Notes under the pieces: generated by a model
The model's database searches: none
Seen by the model: the letters and a program-made list of their open reading frames with translations, nothing else
Told to the model about the DNA's origin: nothing
Origin: a virus
Lineage: Duplodnaviria > Heunggongvirae > Uroviricota > Caudoviricetes
Reading direction: 5' to 3' (one strand)
IMG/VR virus record: IMGVR_UViG_2737471849_000009
Length of the DNA stretch: 28,335 nt
Made by a program: the position numbers and the translations under genes
Shown: piece after piece, positions 25,061 through 28,335 of the stretch
Position numbering within the stretch: position 1 is the first letter of the stretch
Layout: the number at the start of each line of letters is the position of its first letter

Positions 25061-25074
25061 ATGGAGCGTGAGGA

Positions 25075-28000
25075 ATGGGTAAAGGCAGCAGTAAGGGGCA
25101 TACCCCGCGCGAAGCGAAGGACAACCTGAAGTCCACGCAGCTGCTGAGTGTGATCGATGCCATCAGCGAAGGGCCGGTTGAAGGTCCGGTGGATGGATTA
25201 AAAAGCGTGCTGCTGAACAGTACACCTGTGCTGGACAGTGAGGGGAATACCAATATCTCCGGCGTCACGGTGGTGTTCCGGGCCGGTGAGCAGGAGCAGA
25301 CACCGCCGGAGGGGTTTGAATCCTCCGGCTCCGAGACGGTGCTGGGTACGGAAGTGAAATATGACACGCCGATCACCCGCACCATTACGTCTGCAAACAT
25401 CGACCGTCTGCGCTTTACCTTCGGTGTACAGGCACTGGTGGAAACCACCTCAAAGGGTGACAGGAATCCGTCGGAAGTCCGCCTGCTGGTTCAGATACAA
25501 CGTAACGGTGGCTGGGTGACGGAAAAAGACATCACCATTAAGGGCAAAACCACCTCGCAGTATCTGGCCTCGGTGGTGGTGGGTAACCTGCCGCCGCGCC
25601 CGTTCAACATCCGGATGCGCAGGATGACGCCGGACAGCACCACAGACCAGCTGCAGAACAAAACGCTCTGGTCGTCATACACTGAAATCATCGATGTGAA
25701 ACAGTGCTACCCGAACACGGCACTGGTTGGCGTACAGGTGGACTCGGAACAGTTCGGCAGTCAGCAGGTGAGCCGTAATTATCATCTGCGCGGGCGCATT
25801 CTGCAGGTGCCGTCGAACTATAACCCGCAGACGCGGCAATACAGCGGTATCTGGGACGGAACGTTTAAACCGGCATACAGCAACAACATGGCCTGGTGTC
25901 TGTGGGATATGCTGACCCATCCGCGCTACGGCATGGGGAAACGTCTTGGTGCGGCGGATGTGGATAAATGGGCGCTGTATGTCATCGGCCAGTACTGCGA
26001 CCAGTCAGTGCCGGACGGCTTTGGTGGCACGGAGCCGCGCATCACCTGTAATGCGTACCTGACCACACAGCGCAAGGCGTGGGATGTGCTCAGTGATTTC
26101 TGCTCGGCGATGCGCTGTATGCCGGTATGGAACGGGCAGACGCTGACGTTCGTGCAGGACCGACCATCGGATAAGGTGTGGACCTATAACCGCAGTAATG
26201 TGGTTATGCCGGATGATGGTGCGCCGTTCCGCTACAGCTTCAGCGCCCTGAAGGACCGCCATAATGCCGTTGAGGTGAACTGGATTGACCCGGATAACGG
26301 CTGGGAGACAGCGACAGAGCTTGTGGAGGACACGCAGGCCATTGCCCGTTACGGTCGTAATGTTACGAAGATGGATGCCTTTGGCTGTACCAGCCGGGGG
26401 CAGGCACACCGCGCCGGGCTGTGGCTGATTAAAACAGAACTGCTGGAAACGCAGACCGTGGACTTCAGCGTGGGGGCCGAAGGGCTTCGCCATGTGCCGG
26501 GCGATGTCATTGAAATCTGCGATGATGACTATGCCGGTATCAGCACCGGTGGTCGCGTGCTGGCGGTGAACAGCCAGACCCGGACGCTGACGCTCGACCG
26601 TGAAATCACGCTGCCATCCTCCGGTACCACGCTGATAAGCCTGGTTGACGGAAGTGGTAATCCGGTCAGCGTGGAGGTTCAGTCCGTCACCGACGGACTT
26701 AAGGTGAAAGTGAACCGGGTTCCTGACGGCGTTGCAGAATACAGTGTGTGGGGGCTGAAGCTGCCGACGCTGCGCCAGCGCCTGTTCCGCTGCGTGAGTA
26801 TCCGTGAGAACGACGACGGCACGTATGCCATCACCGCCGTGCAGCATGTACCGGAAAAAGAGGCCATCGTGGATAACGGGGCGCACTTTGACGGCGACCA
26901 GAGCGGCACGGTGAATGGTGTCACGCCGCCAGCGGTGCAGCACCTGACCGCCGAAGTCACCGCAGACAGCGGGGAATATCAGGTGCTGGCGCGCTGGGAG
27001 ACGCCGAAGGTGGTGAAGGGGGTGAGCTTCCTGCTTCGCCTGACCGTGGCAGCGGATGACGGCAGTGAGCGGCTGGTCAGCACGGCCCGGACGACGGAAA
27101 CCACATACCGCTTCAGGCAGCTGACGCTGGGGCGTTACAGGCTGACAGTCCGGGCGGTAAATGCGTGGGGACAGCAGGGAGACCCGGCGTCGGTATCGTT
27201 CCGGATTGCCGCACCGGCAGCACCGTCGAGGATTGAGCTGACGCCGGGCTATTTTCAGATAACCGCCACGCCGCATCTTGCCGTTTATGACCCGACGGTA
27301 CAGTTTGAGTTCTGGTTCTCGGAAAAACGGATTGCGGATATCAGGCAGGTTGAAACCACAGCCCGCTATCTTGGCACGGCGCTGTACTGGATAGCTGCCA
27401 GTATCAATATCAGGCCGGGCCATGATTATTATTTTTACGTTCGCAGTGTGAACACCGTTGGCAAATCGGCATTCGTGGAGGCTGTCGGTCGGGCGAGCGA
27501 TGATGCGGAAGGTTACCTGGATTTTTTCAAAGGCAAGATAACCGAATCTCATCTCGGCAAGGAGTTGCTGGAAAAAGTCGACCTGACGGAGGATAACGCC
27601 AGCAGACTGGAGGAGTTTTCGAAAGAGTGGAAGGACGCCAACGATAAGTGGAATGCCATGTGGGCTGTCAAAATTGAGCAGACCAAAGACGGCAAACATT
27701 ATGTCGCGGGACTTGGCCTCAGCATGGAGGATACAGAGGAAGGCAAACTGAGCCAGTTTCTGGTTGCCGCTAACCGTATCGCGTTTATTGACCCGGCAAA
27801 CGGGAATGAAACGCCGATGTTTGTGGCGCAGGGCAATCAGATATTCATGAACGACGTGTTCCTGAAGCGCCTGACGGCCCCCACCATTACCAGCGGCGGC
27901 AATCCCCCGGCCTTTTCCCTGACACCGGACGGAAAGCTGACGGCGAAAAATGCGGATATCAGTGGCAGTGTGAATGCGAACGCCGGGACGCTCAATAATG

Positions 28001-28335
28001 TCACGATTAATGAGAACTGTCAGATTCTGGGAAAACTGTCAGCTATTCAGATTGAAGGCGATATTGTTAAAACGGTGGGTAAGGCTTTCCCCCGTGACTC
28101 CCGGGCACCGGAGCGGTGGCCATCAGGGACCATTACCGTCAGGGTTTATGACGATCAGCCTTTTGACCGGCAAATTGTCATTCCGGCGGTGGCATTCAGC
28201 GGTGCCAGACATGAGAGAGAGCATAATGACATTTATTCATCATGCCGTCTGATAGTGCGGAAAAACGGTGCTGAAATTTATAACCGTACCGCGCTGGATA
28301 ATACGCTGATTTATACCGGTGTGATTGATATGCCA
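25075..28335 (+). CDS. J: Host specificity/central tail fibre protein J (partial; continues beyond window end)
   Basis: Open frame from ATG 25075 to the window edge; N-terminus [54 protein letters not shown] and long internal stretches match lambda gpJ; long minus-strand ORFs here are antisense shadows. Confidence 0.9.
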   Translation, partial: MGKGSSKGHTPREAKDNLKSTQLLSVIDAISEGPVEGPVDGLKSVLLNSTPVLDSEGNTNISGVTVVFRAGEQEQTPPEGFESSGSETVLGTEVKYDTPITRTITSANIDRLRFTFGVQALVETTSKGDRNPSEVRLLVQIQRNGGWVTEKDITIKGKTTSQYLASVVVGNLPPRPFNIRMRRMTPDSTTDQLQNKTLWSSYTEIIDVKQCYPNTALVGVQVDSEQFGSQQVSRNYHLRGRILQVPSNYNPQTRQYSGIWDGTFKPAYSNNMAWCLWDMLTHPRYGMGKRLGAADVDKWALYVIGQYCDQSVPDGFGGTEPRITCNAYLTTQRKAWDVLSDFCSAMRCMPVWNGQTLTFVQDRPSDKVWTYNRSNVVMPDDGAPFRYSFSALKDRHNAVEVNWIDPDNGWETATELVEDTQAIARYGRNVTKMDAFGCTSRGQAHRAGLWLIKTELLETQTVDFSVGAEGLRHVPGDVIEICDDDYAGISTGGRVLAVNSQTRTLTLDREITLPSSGTTLISLVDGSGNPVSVEVQSVTDGLKVKVNRVPDGVAEYSVWGLKLPTLRQRLFRCVSIRENDDGTYAITAVQHVPEKEAIVDNGAHFDGDQSGTVNGVTPPAVQHLTAEVTADSGEYQVLARWETPKVVKGVSFLLRLTVAADDGSERLVSTARTTETTYRFRQLTLGRYRLTVRAVNAWGQQGDPASVSFRIAAPAAPSRIELTPGYFQITATPHLAVYDPTVQFEFWFSEKRIADIRQVETTARYLGTALYWIAASINIRPGHDYYFYVRSVNTVGKSAFVEAVGRASDDAEGYLDFFKGKITESHLGKELLEKVDLTEDNASRLEEFSKEWKDANDKWNAMWAVKIEQTKDGKHYVAGLGLSMEDTEEGKLSQFLVAANRIAFIDPANGNETPMFVAQGNQIFMNDVFLKRLTAPTITSGGNPPAFSLTPDGKLTAKNADISGSVNANAGTLNNVTINENCQILGKLSAIQIEGDIVKTVGKAFPRDSRAPERWPSGTITVRVYDDQPFDRQIVIPAVAFSGARHEREHNDIYSSCRLIVRKNGAEIYNRTALDNTLIYTGVIDMP

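Noticed and set aside
26005-27699. 564-aa minus-strand ORF
   Set aside because: Lies entirely inside the J tail-fibre gene, whose plus-strand translation closely matches lambda gpJ; antisense shadow ORF.
1-28335. CRISPR arrays, tRNA or rRNA genes
   Set aside because: No regularly spaced direct repeats with unique spacers and no tRNA-like or rRNA-like sequence were seen; the only repeats are the iterons, operator-like motifs and the duplicated cassette.

Overview
This window is most of a mosaic lambdoid prophage of the enterobacterial (E. coli-like) type, running from its integrase end into the tail-fibre gene J, which continues past the window end. All calls rest on reading the supplied ORF translations and the DNA by eye; no database search was possible, so family assignments are from recalled motifs and residue-level similarity. 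Left arm (minus strand): a Rac-type tyrosine integrase and excisionase, then about ten uncharacterised early-left genes, including an SPFH/band-7 lipoprotein with small membrane partners, transcribed from a near-consensus pL-like promoter. Immunity region: cI-like repressor with S24 peptidase domain, divergent Cro-like gene, antirepressor and a Lar-like restriction-alleviation gene. Right arm (plus strand): tightly coupled replication module (O-like initiator with internal iterons, DnaC-like loader, DnaB-like helicase), RusA, Q antiterminator, an AppY/EnvY-like AraC regulator, an HNH/TerS/TerL packaging module, then lambda-type tail genes G-T, H, M, L, K, I and J. The prophage looks defective: no portal, protease, capsid, tail-tube or endolysin genes are present, and TerL is followed within about 200 bp by a short G-like chaperone. 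The most unusual sequence-level observations are a roughly 180-bp promoter-hairpin-terminator cassette present twice (just after Q and again upstream of the replication genes), a dnaX-type A_AAA_AAG -1 frameshift site joining G and T, an AT-rich lipoprotein moron between T and H, and the operator-controlled SPFH membrane module. No CRISPR array, tRNA or rRNA was seen.
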